DNA from: Candidatus Methanophagales archaeon
Lineage (GTDB): Archaea > Halobacteriota > Syntropharchaeia > Alkanophagales > Methanospirareceae
Reading direction: 5' to 3'
Length of the DNA stretch: 64,000 nt
Assembly (NCBI GenBank): GCA_017883965.1
Contig: JAFNKG010000001.1
Coordinates: forward strand, 14,893-78,892
Within the stretch, counting starts at the first letter, position 1. Each line of letters opens with the position of its first letter. The position numbers and the translations under genes were made by a program. This document shows, piece after piece, positions 41,930 through 51,358 of this stretch. A model generated the notes under the pieces. The model ran no database searches. It had not been told where the DNA came from and was given only the letters and a program-made list of their open reading frames with translations.

Positions 41930-42208
41930 CTATTTTTTCGCTTTCCTCTTATATAACTTTTTCATCTTCTCTGGTGCTTCATATGCACTCAGCATTATAA
42001 ATATATTTTCTCTTACCTTCCGCAAAACTATGAATAGGACACGCCCTTCCGCTTCTGCTAAAACTATGGTGCGCTTTTCACCATTTCGAGTTACTGCTTT
42101 TGTATATGTTTTCCCAATTAAAGCATTTTCAACTTCATACCTCCTAACACCGTGCCTTCTAATATGCTCGATTGCCTTTTCATCCCAGACTATACGGACC
42201 TTTGACAT
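41930..42208 (-). CDS. BrnT-family toxin
   Basis: IVWDEKAIEHIRRHGV..EVENAL..GRVLFIVL..MLSAYEA..KKLY. Confidence 0.8.
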   Translation of the reverse strand: MSKVRIVWDEKAIEHIRRHGVRRYEVENALIGKTYTKAVTRNGEKRTIVLAEAEGRVLFIVLRKVRENIFIMLSAYEAPEKMKKLYKRKAKK

Positions 42209-42289
42209 ATTGATACGCTCATTTATTCCCCTATCCCTCCCTTAATTTCAGATTTATCTATGATAAGCAAGTGTAAATGATGCATCTAA

Positions 42290-43606
42290 CTAAGACAATG
42301 AAGAAATAACCTCACCCGCTCTACCAGCCGCGCCACTCGCCTCTGCAACCGAATCCGTAATATCTTTTGGACTCTGTGCAAACCCACAAACAAATACTCC
42401 TTCTCTTGTGGTATCTACCGGCGCATATAACGGGTCTTTCACCTTAAAGAATCCATATTCGTCCAATTCTACTCCCAATATCTTTGCCTGTTCTTCGACT
42501 CCCTTACTCGGCACCAGCGCCGTAGCCAATATAACTAAATCAACCTCCATCCTTTTAAGTTCCCCTGTCAGGGTATCTTCATACCATATCACCGGGCTCT
42601 TATCCCCATTCTCCGTTATTTTCCCGGGTCTCGCCCTTATATAATTTATCCCATATTCTTCCATACCCCGCTCTATATACTCCTGAAAGCCTCTTCCAAA
42701 AGCTCTGAGGTCAGTATAAAATACGAAAGATTCCATATCCTCCTCATGTTCCCTCGCCAGCATCCCGCTCTTCGTTGAATACATGCAGCACACGGAGGAG
42801 CAATAAGGATATCTCTTCAGGTCCCTCGAGCCCACGCAAAGGATAAAAGCTAACTTCTTCGCTGGTTTTTCATCGCTTAACCGAACGAGATGCCCGCCAG
42901 TTGGTCCTCCTGCATTTATCATCCTCTCATACTGTAATCCCGTTATCACATTTTCTATTCGCCCATATCCATACTCCTCTATCTCATAAGGTTCATAAGC
43001 ATCGAGTCCTGTTGCAACTATTATAGCACCCACATGAAGCTCAACCTCTTCCTCTTTCTGCTCGAAATCAATCGCATCCCTCTCACACGCTTCTTTACAC
43101 GCTGGTGCTTCCCCGCATTTGCCCTTCGTTATGAATATACATCTTTCCTCATCAATTACCGCAACCCTCGGAACTGCCTGTGCAAAAGGCAGGTATGCCG
43201 CTCCTCTTTTCCCAAGCCCCATATCGAATTCGTCCGGGAATCTATCTTTAAGTAAACAAATATCTTCACAAGCGCTGCACCCCGTGCATTTTTCTTCGTC
43301 CACGTATCTCGGTTTCTTACGAACTTTTACAGTAAAGTCCCCTTTCTCTCCCGATACCTCGCTCACCACGGAATACGAAAGCACGGTGATGTTCTCATGC
43401 CCGAAACATTCGAGCATCTTCGGCGCAAGTATGCATATCGAGCAGTCATTTGTCGGGAAGGTTTTATCCAACTGAGCCATTCGACCACCGATAGAAGAAT
43501 TCTTCTCTACTAAATACACCCTGAAGTCCTGCTCCGCTAAGTCAAGCGCCGCTTGAATCCCTGCTACTCCTCCTCCTATCACCAGCACACTTTTATTGCC
43601 TTCCAT
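42290..43606 (-). CDS. hdrA: Short HdrA (FAD domain plus inserted ferredoxin; lacks N-terminal domain and C-terminal ferredoxin; QmoA-like)
   Basis: VIGGGVAG at residue 9, DKTFPTNDCSICIL, CTGCSAC, CVGSRD..YCSSVCC, ends after PKDITDSVAEASGAA. Confidence 0.88.
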   Translation of the reverse strand: MEGNKSVLVIGGGVAGIQAALDLAEQDFRVYLVEKNSSIGGRMAQLDKTFPTNDCSICILAPKMLECFGHENITVLSYSVVSEVSGEKGDFTVKVRKKPRYVDEEKCTGCSACEDICLLKDRFPDEFDMGLGKRGAAYLPFAQAVPRVAVIDEERCIFITKGKCGEAPACKEACERDAIDFEQKEEEVELHVGAIIVATGLDAYEPYEIEEYGYGRIENVITGLQYERMINAGGPTGGHLVRLSDEKPAKKLAFILCVGSRDLKRYPYCSSVCCMYSTKSGMLAREHEEDMESFVFYTDLRAFGRGFQEYIERGMEEYGINYIRARPGKITENGDKSPVIWYEDTLTGELKRMEVDLVILATALVPSKGVEEQAKILGVELDEYGFFKVKDPLYAPVDTTREGVFVCGFAQSPKDITDSVAEASGAAGRAGEVISSLS

Positions 43607-43670
43607 TTCCGCTCACCCTAATTTTTTTTCGATTCCGGAATATAAAAATATTAATGAAACTTTTTTACAA

Positions 43671-44075
43671 TCAATCATTGCCATTTTCAAAACTGGTCAC
43701 TTTATTTTTCCTAAAGCAGATTTCAAAGTGTTTGAAGACATCTTCTCTTCCTAAAAGATAAGGAACATCCTCGATTAATGCAATTGCAACCTTGGCTTTA
43801 AACATTTTATCTACAATCTTCATTCTAACTTCTTTTATGATTACCGGAATTTTGCCATCTCCAATTCCTCTTATCTCTTTAATATCCTCCTCTTCCACCC
43901 TTGTCTTTAATGCCCTAATGAAAGATATTGGAAGAAGCGTAACATCCGCACCTGAATCAGTATAAGCCAGTATCCGTGTCCAACCGAGTTCTTCGGTCTC
44001 TATTTCAAATTCGACAATAGGCCTGTAAATCTCTCCAAATATCCTCGACCTCTCTTTTTGATAGGGAAAATCCAT
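43671..44075 (-). CDS. Retropepsin-like aspartic protease
   Basis: RPIV, DSGAD catalytic motif, IRGIG flap, LLGREDVF. Confidence 0.82.
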   Translation of the reverse strand: MDFPYQKERSRIFGEIYRPIVEFEIETEELGWTRILAYTDSGADVTLLPISFIRALKTRVEEEDIKEIRGIGDGKIPVIIKEVRMKIVDKMFKAKVAIALIEDVPYLLGREDVFKHFEICFRKNKVTSFENGND

Positions 44076-44285
44076 CTAATCACCTGTAAGAATCAATGTC
44101 TCTTCCCTTTGCACAAACGCCAAGACTGGGTTATCTTTTGGAAAATCTTTTTTCGCCTTTTCTAAGACATCTATTGCATTATCTCCGCTGGCAACAATCT
44201 TCTTTCCTATCAGTGCGATGTGTTTCCCTCTAAACGCTTCTAATTCCTTTGGAAAAGAAGCAAACCATTTTAGTTCTTCATACAT
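44076..44285 (-). CDS. DUF5678-like small protein
   Basis: WF....EL..FRGKHIALIGKKIVASG.NA..VLEKAKK..P...P pattern. Confidence 0.75.
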   Translation of the reverse strand: MYEELKWFASFPKELEAFRGKHIALIGKKIVASGDNAIDVLEKAKKDFPKDNPVLAFVQREETLILTGD

Positions 44286-44339
44286 TCTTTCACTACCTCT
44301 TTTCTTTTTGTGCATACTTTTATTATAATTTTTAGTTTT

Positions 44340-45437
44340 TTAAACTTCCCCTAATTTCTCTAACTCCTCTACACCTCTCTTCTTTTTCAAACTCGCTAAC
44401 TTCGCTATCTCATTGCGATCAACAGAAGTTGTTTCTAAGCCTTTCCCTTTCAATAAACCAAACAACTCCTCACCCTTCTTTGACCTTGTAATCACAGTCG
44501 AATACCCATCAGGACTGCCGACACTGCCCACAGAGATGTCAGCCAATCTGGCAGTAAAATCAGTGCAGAAAAAGCAGCTCTCTCGCACCGCTCTTTCCAG
44601 TTCTCCCACCTCACATGCCTTTGACTTGCCTTCTATATACACAACGAACTTCCCCTTCTTCACATCTATTTTATCCGCAAGCCCAAGGTCAACCTCCAGT
44701 ATTTCACTTACAATCGGTTTGAGCAATTCATAATAAAAATTCTCGAAACAGAAAAGCCCTATATTATACAACTCCACATCAGAATAAACTCTTTGAATTC
44801 TTCTAATTCCATAAATACTGCACGGGAGAGCAACAATTGCTATTCTCTCCTTCCCTCCTCCTATTATTGCTTCCACCAGTCTTTCTACGGTAGGTGCGAA
44901 TTGATATTTAGAGCCACTCGCTTTGATAATATCCTCCACATTCTCTGTCATAATCGCTTTAGCCCTGAAACCATCCTCTCTATGCACGACAATCGCACTG
45001 TCAAAAAGCCCTTTTTCCATACCCGCGGTTAACAACGAAGTAACTATCCCTCCGTCTTGCCCTTCCACGACAGTTTTTCCTGCCGTTATTTCCTTCACGA
45101 TGCCAATATCCTCTTCCCTCTCTCCGTCCAAGAACAACTGCTCGAGCTCACTCACGTATGTCTCTTCTTCAATCCCGGATTTTAATGCCCCTGCTTTGAG
45201 CCCCCAGATAAACTTCGGATAAGCCACCTCCGATGGACATCTGTCACTGCATATCTGGCAACTCATGCAAGACCATATTTTTTCATCAAGGTCAATAAAC
45301 CCCTCCAGCGCTCTTTTAGCAATCAACCGTGGAGAATAATCGGATTCAAACCACGATATCGGGCAGCTGGCATTGCATTTGCCGCATTCCAGGCAGTTAT
45401 ACACCTTCGTTTCCTGGATGAGTTCTTCTATTTCCAT
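44340..45437 (-). CDS. HdrC-like 2x[4Fe-4S] domain fused to FrhB/FdhB-type F420-interacting domain
   Basis: CLECGKCNASCP..IWSCMSCQICSDRCP then GQDGGIVTSLL, GSKY, ALPC, IGLFCFENF, CFFCTDF..ADISVGSVGSPDGYS. Confidence 0.85.
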   Translation of the reverse strand: MEIEELIQETKVYNCLECGKCNASCPISWFESDYSPRLIAKRALEGFIDLDEKIWSCMSCQICSDRCPSEVAYPKFIWGLKAGALKSGIEEETYVSELEQLFLDGEREEDIGIVKEITAGKTVVEGQDGGIVTSLLTAGMEKGLFDSAIVVHREDGFRAKAIMTENVEDIIKASGSKYQFAPTVERLVEAIIGGGKERIAIVALPCSIYGIRRIQRVYSDVELYNIGLFCFENFYYELLKPIVSEILEVDLGLADKIDVKKGKFVVYIEGKSKACEVGELERAVRESCFFCTDFTARLADISVGSVGSPDGYSTVITRSKKGEELFGLLKGKGLETTSVDRNEIAKLASLKKKRGVEELEKLGEV

Positions 45438-45443
45438 TTTATT

Positions 45444-47798
45444 TCACTTCCATCCGTTTCTAAACCGCTCTAAGTTTGTGGGGTCAAATATCTTTCCCGG
45501 TGGCATTTTCATCGGCTTCCAGCCTATTTTTTCCAATTCAATTTTCAGCTCCTTTCTTTTCGCAGGCGGTAATTCTGACTCGTCTCGCACAAACAAATGC
45601 CAATCGTCTGGCATTGTCCCGAACATCCGCTCGTGCAAATCTATATAATTGCTTAATTTTATTAATCTTCCTCTTGGATTGTCACTCGGTCTTATGCAGA
45701 GCTTTGCAGTCATTACCATCGCTTCTTCCTTTGTTTCTGCTGCATATATCAGATGTTCGGGTGCGGGTCCAAAATAGAATGGTTCTCCCCCTACTTTGAC
45801 GTTGTAGGCATACCAGTCCTCCTCTTTATCTTTTCTGCCAAGATAAAGTCTTCTGTATGCTTTAGAGCCATGAGGTCCTAAGATCACAGGGATTCCCCAT
45901 CTGTTGCAGCCAGTAGCGATAGAAGCCGCCTTCTGCGACATCGCACCCCATGCAACTCCACAAGCACCAACTCTGCTTAATATGTAGTCAGAGATTTCCT
46001 CGAAGTTACCTCTTAGCTTCCTTCTTGCGAATATCCCTGCTATTTTTATCGCAGCGCCAATGACATGTGCATTTGAGACGCAAGAGCCGATGTTCACCAT
46101 GCAACCTCTATCAAAAGCACCTGTATATTTTTCATACAACGTCTTCCCTTCTTCATCCTTATATCTGGCTATCTCCATTGCAGAGCACCCGGTTGCCACC
46201 ACGATATATCCGCGCTTTGCGAATTCATCCGCCATCTCCGCAACTTCGCTTCCCCCTTTTGGGTAGTTTGGACAGCCAACGTACGCTATCACACCAGGGA
46301 TGTCACCAAAAACGATAGGTGCGCCGACATTCCTTATCTCAGTATCCAAAACCGGACCTCGCCCCGCTCTTACTTTATACTTCTCTTCCTTTATTTTGTA
46401 TTCCGCCGCCACTTTTATCATGTTCAGTGGCGATAGTTCTGCTCTGCATACTGATTCACACTTTGCACAGCCCACACACGCCTCATATAACCCTGCAAGC
46501 TTATCAAAGCTGCCTTTCGCTCCTGCTACCATCGCATCCGGGATATGCAAATCATTTGGACATGCCCTTCTGCATTCGTCACACTGCACACAAGATTCCG
46601 CAAGTTTTTTCAGCTCTCCTCTGTCAGGCAAAGCTTTTAAACGCTCTCTTTTTGGCGACACCCGCAAAGCAACCTCAACAGCAACTTCTCCTACCTTCTC
46701 CGCATCGAGTATCAATGCACCTGGCGCTCCATTCACCAAATCATTTATTATCTCCTCCGCAGGGGCATCGGTCCTATCAGGAAGCCCATAGCATATTTTG
46801 TCATTGCTTGCTATTACCCGCGTCTTCACCTTCATAGCTTCTTCCAATACATCTGTCCGCACACATTGTTCATCCACTACGATAACATCTGCTATCCTCG
46901 ACCTTATGGCGTATAACTGCTGAGCTATGTGACCGACGATTTTAGCCCTTGGCTCGTATCTCGTTATATCTGTCGCTGTGCAACACATCCCGCAGACTTC
47001 CACTTCGCCCTCCATCCCCCTCGCTGTAAGATAATCCACCATTTCTGCACCCGGCACAACATTATGTCCTATACACAAAATCACGGGCTTAGACCTCTCA
47101 ACAACGCCAAGACCTAATTCAACCAAAGGGGCATCAGGGTCACCTTTGGGGAAATTATAACCCACTATCTGTGCTATATCAGCTATTTCCTTTGCTAAGT
47201 TGTCAATCATGCCAATATGCAAATTTTTAGACTCGAAATCAATAAAAGCTCCTTCTTGACCCGTGTTCACAGCGGATAGGCAATTTGTAATCTCCTTCTC
47301 TACATAGTCCAATGCATCATCCAAATCACCCAATCGCCTCGGTCTTATTCCTGTGACTGTTCTTGTTATCGGAGCTTCAATATCAATATACGAACCTAAA
47401 TCTATCGGGAAATTGCTGCCATACTTTTCTATCAAATGGTCAACCAAATGACGAGCATGTCCAGTATGAGCAGCAGTCCCCATACAACACGCTATCAGAA
47501 CGATTCTTGCCTGCTGTGCATCTATTTTTATTCCACATGCACCCTTCTTGCCGCATGTTAGGTCGCATTTCCCATACGTACAGAGACAGCACATGTCGCA
47601 GAACGGTGCGTAAAAAGGCTTATATCGGTTCAAAAGTCTGAAGTCCCAGCCTCGAAGCGTTGATATGCTCGGCATCGAATGAGGTCCCATCGGTTCCCAT
47701 TCTTCCTCTCCCCACTCCTCTATTATCTCGCCTATGCTTATCCGCACGTTTTGCAAGTCGGAGAAGGTGAAAATCCCGCCCTTTTTTATTGCTTCCAT
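45444..47798 (-). CDS. cdhA: ACDS/CODH alpha subunit
   Basis: [35 protein letters not shown], ferredoxin insert, [24 protein letters not shown]. Confidence 0.96.
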   Translation of the reverse strand: MEAIKKGGIFTFSDLQNVRISIGEIIEEWGEEEWEPMGPHSMPSISTLRGWDFRLLNRYKPFYAPFCDMCCLCTYGKCDLTCGKKGACGIKIDAQQARIVLIACCMGTAAHTGHARHLVDHLIEKYGSNFPIDLGSYIDIEAPITRTVTGIRPRRLGDLDDALDYVEKEITNCLSAVNTGQEGAFIDFESKNLHIGMIDNLAKEIADIAQIVGYNFPKGDPDAPLVELGLGVVERSKPVILCIGHNVVPGAEMVDYLTARGMEGEVEVCGMCCTATDITRYEPRAKIVGHIAQQLYAIRSRIADVIVVDEQCVRTDVLEEAMKVKTRVIASNDKICYGLPDRTDAPAEEIINDLVNGAPGALILDAEKVGEVAVEVALRVSPKRERLKALPDRGELKKLAESCVQCDECRRACPNDLHIPDAMVAGAKGSFDKLAGLYEACVGCAKCESVCRAELSPLNMIKVAAEYKIKEEKYKVRAGRGPVLDTEIRNVGAPIVFGDIPGVIAYVGCPNYPKGGSEVAEMADEFAKRGYIVVATGCSAMEIARYKDEEGKTLYEKYTGAFDRGCMVNIGSCVSNAHVIGAAIKIAGIFARRKLRGNFEEISDYILSRVGACGVAWGAMSQKAASIATGCNRWGIPVILGPHGSKAYRRLYLGRKDKEEDWYAYNVKVGGEPFYFGPAPEHLIYAAETKEEAMVMTAKLCIRPSDNPRGRLIKLSNYIDLHERMFGTMPDDWHLFVRDESELPPAKRKELKIELEKIGWKPMKMPPGKIFDPTNLERFRNGWK

Positions 47799-47900
47799 TT
47801 TTACACTTTTTATCCCTGTGTTCTCTTTATTTTCAAGACAGTTGTATTTAAATTTTGCTGTTTTTTAATTACAGTTGCGAGATTTTCACTAAGTAACCCG

Positions 47901-47962
47901 GCAAAAGTTTTATCAAAAAATGGTTGTTTCTTTGATCAAACTTTCTTTTTAAAGAACGGTTT
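47901..47962. repeat. AT-rich dispersed palindromic repeat (copy C)
   Basis: aaagttttatcaaaaaa..tttctttgatcaaacttt hairpin followed by ctttttaaagaacggttt. Confidence 0.65.
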
Positions 47963-48025
47963 GTTTTGTATTTTGAAATTAGGATCTGGATTTTTTAAGA
48001 CAGAATTTTTGAGGAGCTACTTATT

Positions 48026-48397
48026 CTATTCATACTTGGATGGGCATTTAACCAGTAGTTGTGTCGCATTCAGATGATAGGGCGAAGTAAGCGTTCCTAT
48101 GGCAACTATTTTTTGCCCCTCTTTGAAGTTCTGAGGCATAGTTCCTGCGAATGCCACATCTATTGTAGCCTTGCCGTCAGTGAGTTTAAAGAGTAAAGAA
48201 CCATCCTCTCCCCAACCTGTGGACCCGCTGACAACAGTGGCTAAAATCTGAACCTCTTTGTTAATATATTCGTCATTACCAGCGACCTGCGAGACTGTTA
48301 AATAAGGATTGATATAAGATGTAAAGGCATCGTAGGCGAGAATTGTACTTATAACTATTAGAGCGACAACGATAATATGAACGGGTTTAAATTTCAT
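48026..48397 (-). CDS. ccmE: Heme chaperone CcmE (CxxxY variant)
   Basis: N-terminal TM, F.LTDG, PQNFKEG, C-terminal LLVKCPSKY. Confidence 0.9.
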   Translation of the reverse strand: MKFKPVHIIVVALIVISTILAYDAFTSYINPYLTVSQVAGNDEYINKEVQILATVVSGSTGWGEDGSLLFKLTDGKATIDVAFAGTMPQNFKEGQKIVAIGTLTSPYHLNATQLLVKCPSKYE

Positions 48398-48421
48398 TTT
48401 TCTTCTTCCCTTTTTTCTCTT

Positions 48422-48547
48422 TCACTCCTCCCCTACTTCTAAATCTGCTATCTTCTCTTTAAGCGAGGATAAACGTCTATTAAGCCAGATAAAAACTACC
48501 AAAAGGGACGTCCAGTAAATGATAGAAACGAGAAAGACTTCAAACAT
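48422..48547 (-). CDS. CcmD-like 41-aa membrane peptide (absent from ORF track)
   Basis: MFEVFLVSIIYWTSLLVVFIWLNRRLSSLKEKIADLEVGEE*: one TM plus charged tail, between ccmC and ccmE, GGAGGTG upstream. Confidence 0.75.
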   Translation of the reverse strand: MFEVFLVSIIYWTSLLVVFIWLNRRLSSLKEKIADLEVGEE

Positions 48548-48553
48548 ATTCTT

Positions 48554-49231
48554 TTAAACACCTCCTTTTTCGTAGATTAATGCGTTCACACGGCTTTCTA
48601 AAGACCAGACAGTGGATGCGGTTATCAGGAGATAAAAGAAGAATAGGGAAGCTGCTAAGAGATTAAAAAATAAAGTTGCAAGCATTGGCGAGGTTATAGA
48701 AATTCCAGACGCTTTCACTATCTGAGGATGAAGCGTTGACAATAGATTTATGGACAGATAACTCAGCGGTATGGTAGAAAAAGCGAGGATATTATACACC
48801 GCTCCTATTACCGCTCTTTTCTCAACTTCTCCGATGGAGTATTTTACGGAAATATAGCCCGCGTATGCAATCCAGAGTATGAGCGTAGTTGTTTCTCTCG
48901 GGTCCCAGTTCCAATAGCTCCCCCATGTGGCGTTTGCCCAAATCGAACCAGAAATCAATGCTATTGCACCATAAACCAACCCTAAGATAGCCGATACCTC
49001 TGCCGTTCTATCGTATGTATGCTTTCTTTTAGCTAAAAAGAGGATGCTTGCGAACAGAGAAAGTGAAAAAGCAAGATAGCAAACCCATGCTGCGGGCACA
49101 TGCGTATATAAAATCCGGTAAAGGTCTCCCATAGTTGCTTCTGAAGGAGCGGCAACATAAGCCGCATAAGAAGCGATTACGCTCACTGCTACGGCGATGC
49201 AAAGAAGAATATCTCGCTTCATTTCCTTCAT
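48554..49231 (-). CDS. ccmC: Heme exporter/delivery protein CcmC
   Basis: RILYTHVPAAW, WWD motif GSIWANATWGSYWNWDPRETT, TLHP. Confidence 0.93.
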   Translation of the reverse strand: MKEMKRDILLCIAVAVSVIASYAAYVAAPSEATMGDLYRILYTHVPAAWVCYLAFSLSLFASILFLAKRKHTYDRTAEVSAILGLVYGAIALISGSIWANATWGSYWNWDPRETTTLILWIAYAGYISVKYSIGEVEKRAVIGAVYNILAFSTIPLSYLSINLLSTLHPQIVKASGISITSPMLATLFFNLLAASLFFFYLLITASTVWSLESRVNALIYEKGGV

Positions 49232-49641
49232 TTTTTACCCACCCATTCAAACAAAATAATCCCTTCACTCTGTTTGAATTCAACATTAAACCTGTCAAAA
49301 ACGTCCAATATCTCAAGCAATGGTGGAACATCCTCTATCAGTGCCCACGCGACCCTTGCATCGAATTCACATTCTCCAATGGTCATCTTCACCCACTTGA
49401 CGATAACCGGAACTTTTCCTTTGCTTATTCCAACAAGTTCAAATACTCGTGATTCGTCCATTTTAAAACCCGGCGCTTCACCGAAAATCCTCGGCAGCAA
49501 TGCTATATCCGCACCAGAATCTATGTACATCGGAACAATCGTTTTTCCTTCTTCCGTCACTAACGTAACCTCGGCAACTGGTCTATATATCACATCCGTT
49601 ATTGCCGAAAGTTCTTTTCGATATTTGAAAATAATCGTCAT
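49228..49641 (-). CDS. Retropepsin-like aspartic protease (second copy of module)
   Basis: YRPVAEV, IDSGAD, LVGIS, ALIEDVPPLL..LDVFDRF; homologous to 43671-44075. Confidence 0.8.
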   Translation of the reverse strand: MTIIFKYRKELSAITDVIYRPVAEVTLVTEEGKTIVPMYIDSGADIALLPRIFGEAPGFKMDESRVFELVGISKGKVPVIVKWVKMTIGECEFDARVAWALIEDVPPLLEILDVFDRFNVEFKQSEGIILFEWVGKK

Positions 49642-49649
49642 TCTACTCC

Positions 49650-49856
49650 CTATATTAATACTAATGTCTCAGAAGATGGGACTTTTGCCACAAATGGGAT
49701 TTTTCCTTTATATTTCTTCCTGATCTCGTCTAAAGCAGCTTTTAAATTCTCCTTTGCACGTGCAACAACTTTCTGCTCGATTATAATTACGTATTCATTC
49801 TCCTCGTATTCTCTCAGGTCAGCATTCAAAAACCATTCGTAATCTTTGCTCGCCAT
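49650..49856 (-). CDS. DUF5678-like small protein (second copy of module)
   Basis: YEWFLNADLREYEENEYVIIIEQKVVA..ENLK..L.EIRKKY.GKIPFVAKVP..ETLVL; GGAGGTGA RBS before ATG 49856. Confidence 0.75.
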   Translation of the reverse strand: MASKDYEWFLNADLREYEENEYVIIIEQKVVARAKENLKAALDEIRKKYKGKIPFVAKVPSSETLVLI

Positions 49857-49975
49857 CTCTTCACCTCCTCTCCCCTTTGCCAAATTTATCTATTATCATC
49901 TTCTATTAAAAAGGATTTATGCCTTACCTTATAATAAAGGTATTGAACTCGTGTATAAGACACTGATGGTGACAA

Positions 49976-50635
49976 ATGTATAATAACGCAATAGCAGTGG
50001 AAATCATAGAAGTCTCGAAGAGATATGGTTACTTACAGGCTTTGAAATCCGTGTCATTGGAAATAGAAGAAGGCGAATTTCTGGCTTTTTCAGGTCACAA
50101 CGGGGCGGGAAAGACAACGTTGCTGAAAATAATCGCCACGCATATCTCACCATCTTCGGGAACGGTGAAAATATTTGGCGATGATGCATTCAAAAACAGT
50201 GCAGAAATAAGAAGAAGGATTGGTTTGGTAACGCATGAAAGTTTTCTTTATGACGAGCTGAGCGTGAAAGAGAATTTGCTATTCTATGCGAAACTATTCT
50301 CGGTAAAAGAAGAGGAGGACTTCCTCGACACGATTGAATTTTTGGGTCTGAAACGCTGGTATAACGTTCCGGTGAAGCAACTGTCGCATGGATTAAGAAA
50401 GAGGGCGGACATCGTGAGAGCGTTAATTCATAACCCGGATTTAATCTTGCTTGATGAACCTTTTGCAGGACTGGACACGAACACCTGTGACATTCTCGTA
50501 AACTACTTCAAAAGCCGGAAAGGAAAAGGGAAGACGCTATTAATATCGTCTCATTCCTTAGAGTGGTCGAAGAAAATTTGCGATAAGCGAATCTCGCTCG
50601 ATAAGGGTAAAATAGTAGGAGAAATATCATTTTAG
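49976..50635 (+). CDS. ccmA: Heme exporter ABC ATPase CcmA
   Basis: GHNGAGKTT, LS.G signature, LLDEPF, ISSH; next to ccmB. Confidence 0.85.
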   Translation: MYNNAIAVEIIEVSKRYGYLQALKSVSLEIEEGEFLAFSGHNGAGKTTLLKIIATHISPSSGTVKIFGDDAFKNSAEIRRRIGLVTHESFLYDELSVKENLLFYAKLFSVKEEEDFLDTIEFLGLKRWYNVPVKQLSHGLRKRADIVRALIHNPDLILLDEPFAGLDTNTCDILVNYFKSRKGKGKTLLISSHSLEWSKKICDKRISLDKGKIVGEISF

Positions 50636-50645
50636 AGAGGCAACA

Positions 50646-51338
50646 ATGAAAAATATTTGGGATTTTCAAAGAGCTGCTCTTGGGATAGCGGAGAAAGACC
50701 TGAGGGCAGAGTTACGGCGGTCTTACGAAGTTCTATCAATTCTTACCTTCTCGGTGGGTTCCATACTGATTTGCAGTTTCGCGTGGAGTGGCGGTTCGGT
50801 AGGTTCGAAACCCGAAGTGGCATCCGCAGCACTCTGGATTATCCTGTTCTTCGCGAGTATCCTCGCATTTACCACTTCGTTTACGCGCGAAGCAGACCGG
50901 GGAACACTCGGCGGTTTGAAAACTCTACCCTGCTCACCACTGGCAATCCTTTACGGCAAAATCATTTATGGAACGGCGCTGCTTTTTTTCGTGGAATGCG
51001 TCTTAATTCCTTTTTCTATCATTTTTTTAAACCTCGAATTGAGTGGAAGATTTCCCGCTCTCTTGCTCGTATGCTTCTTAGGTGCGATGGGTCTCTCGTT
51101 TGCGGGTTCCTTTGTTTCAGGGCTCGTGATGTTCTCGGAAGGTAAAACATTACTCCTTTCTTTTCTCCTTATTCCTGTTTGTATGCCGGTGCTTATACCG
51201 TCAGTTGTGGCAACGGAGGAAATCATCGGAGGTTCCGGTATAACCGAAGTAGTGCCGGAATTGCGACTGCTAATCTCTTTTCTACTTCTGATAACCGCGG
51301 TAATGATTCTCACTTTCGAGTTTGTTCTTGAAGAATAA
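50646..51338 (+). CDS. ccmB: Heme exporter permease CcmB
   Basis: KDLRAELR, SFTREADRGTL.GL, ILYGK, LLIPVCMPVLI; about six TM. Confidence 0.88.
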   Translation: MKNIWDFQRAALGIAEKDLRAELRRSYEVLSILTFSVGSILICSFAWSGGSVGSKPEVASAALWIILFFASILAFTTSFTREADRGTLGGLKTLPCSPLAILYGKIIYGTALLFFVECVLIPFSIIFLNLELSGRFPALLLVCFLGAMGLSFAGSFVSGLVMFSEGKTLLLSFLLIPVCMPVLIPSVVATEEIIGGSGITEVVPELRLLISFLLLITAVMILTFEFVLEE

Positions 51339-51358
51339 TGATAAAAATCCCAACCGTT

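Noticed and set aside
44073-44078. Gag-pro-like amber readthrough (TAG directly followed by in-frame ATG of the protease)
   Set aside because: The second module has an 8-nt out-of-frame gap with its own GGAG, and the same TAG-ATG junction occurs at rpl15-secY; ordinary tight packing explains it.
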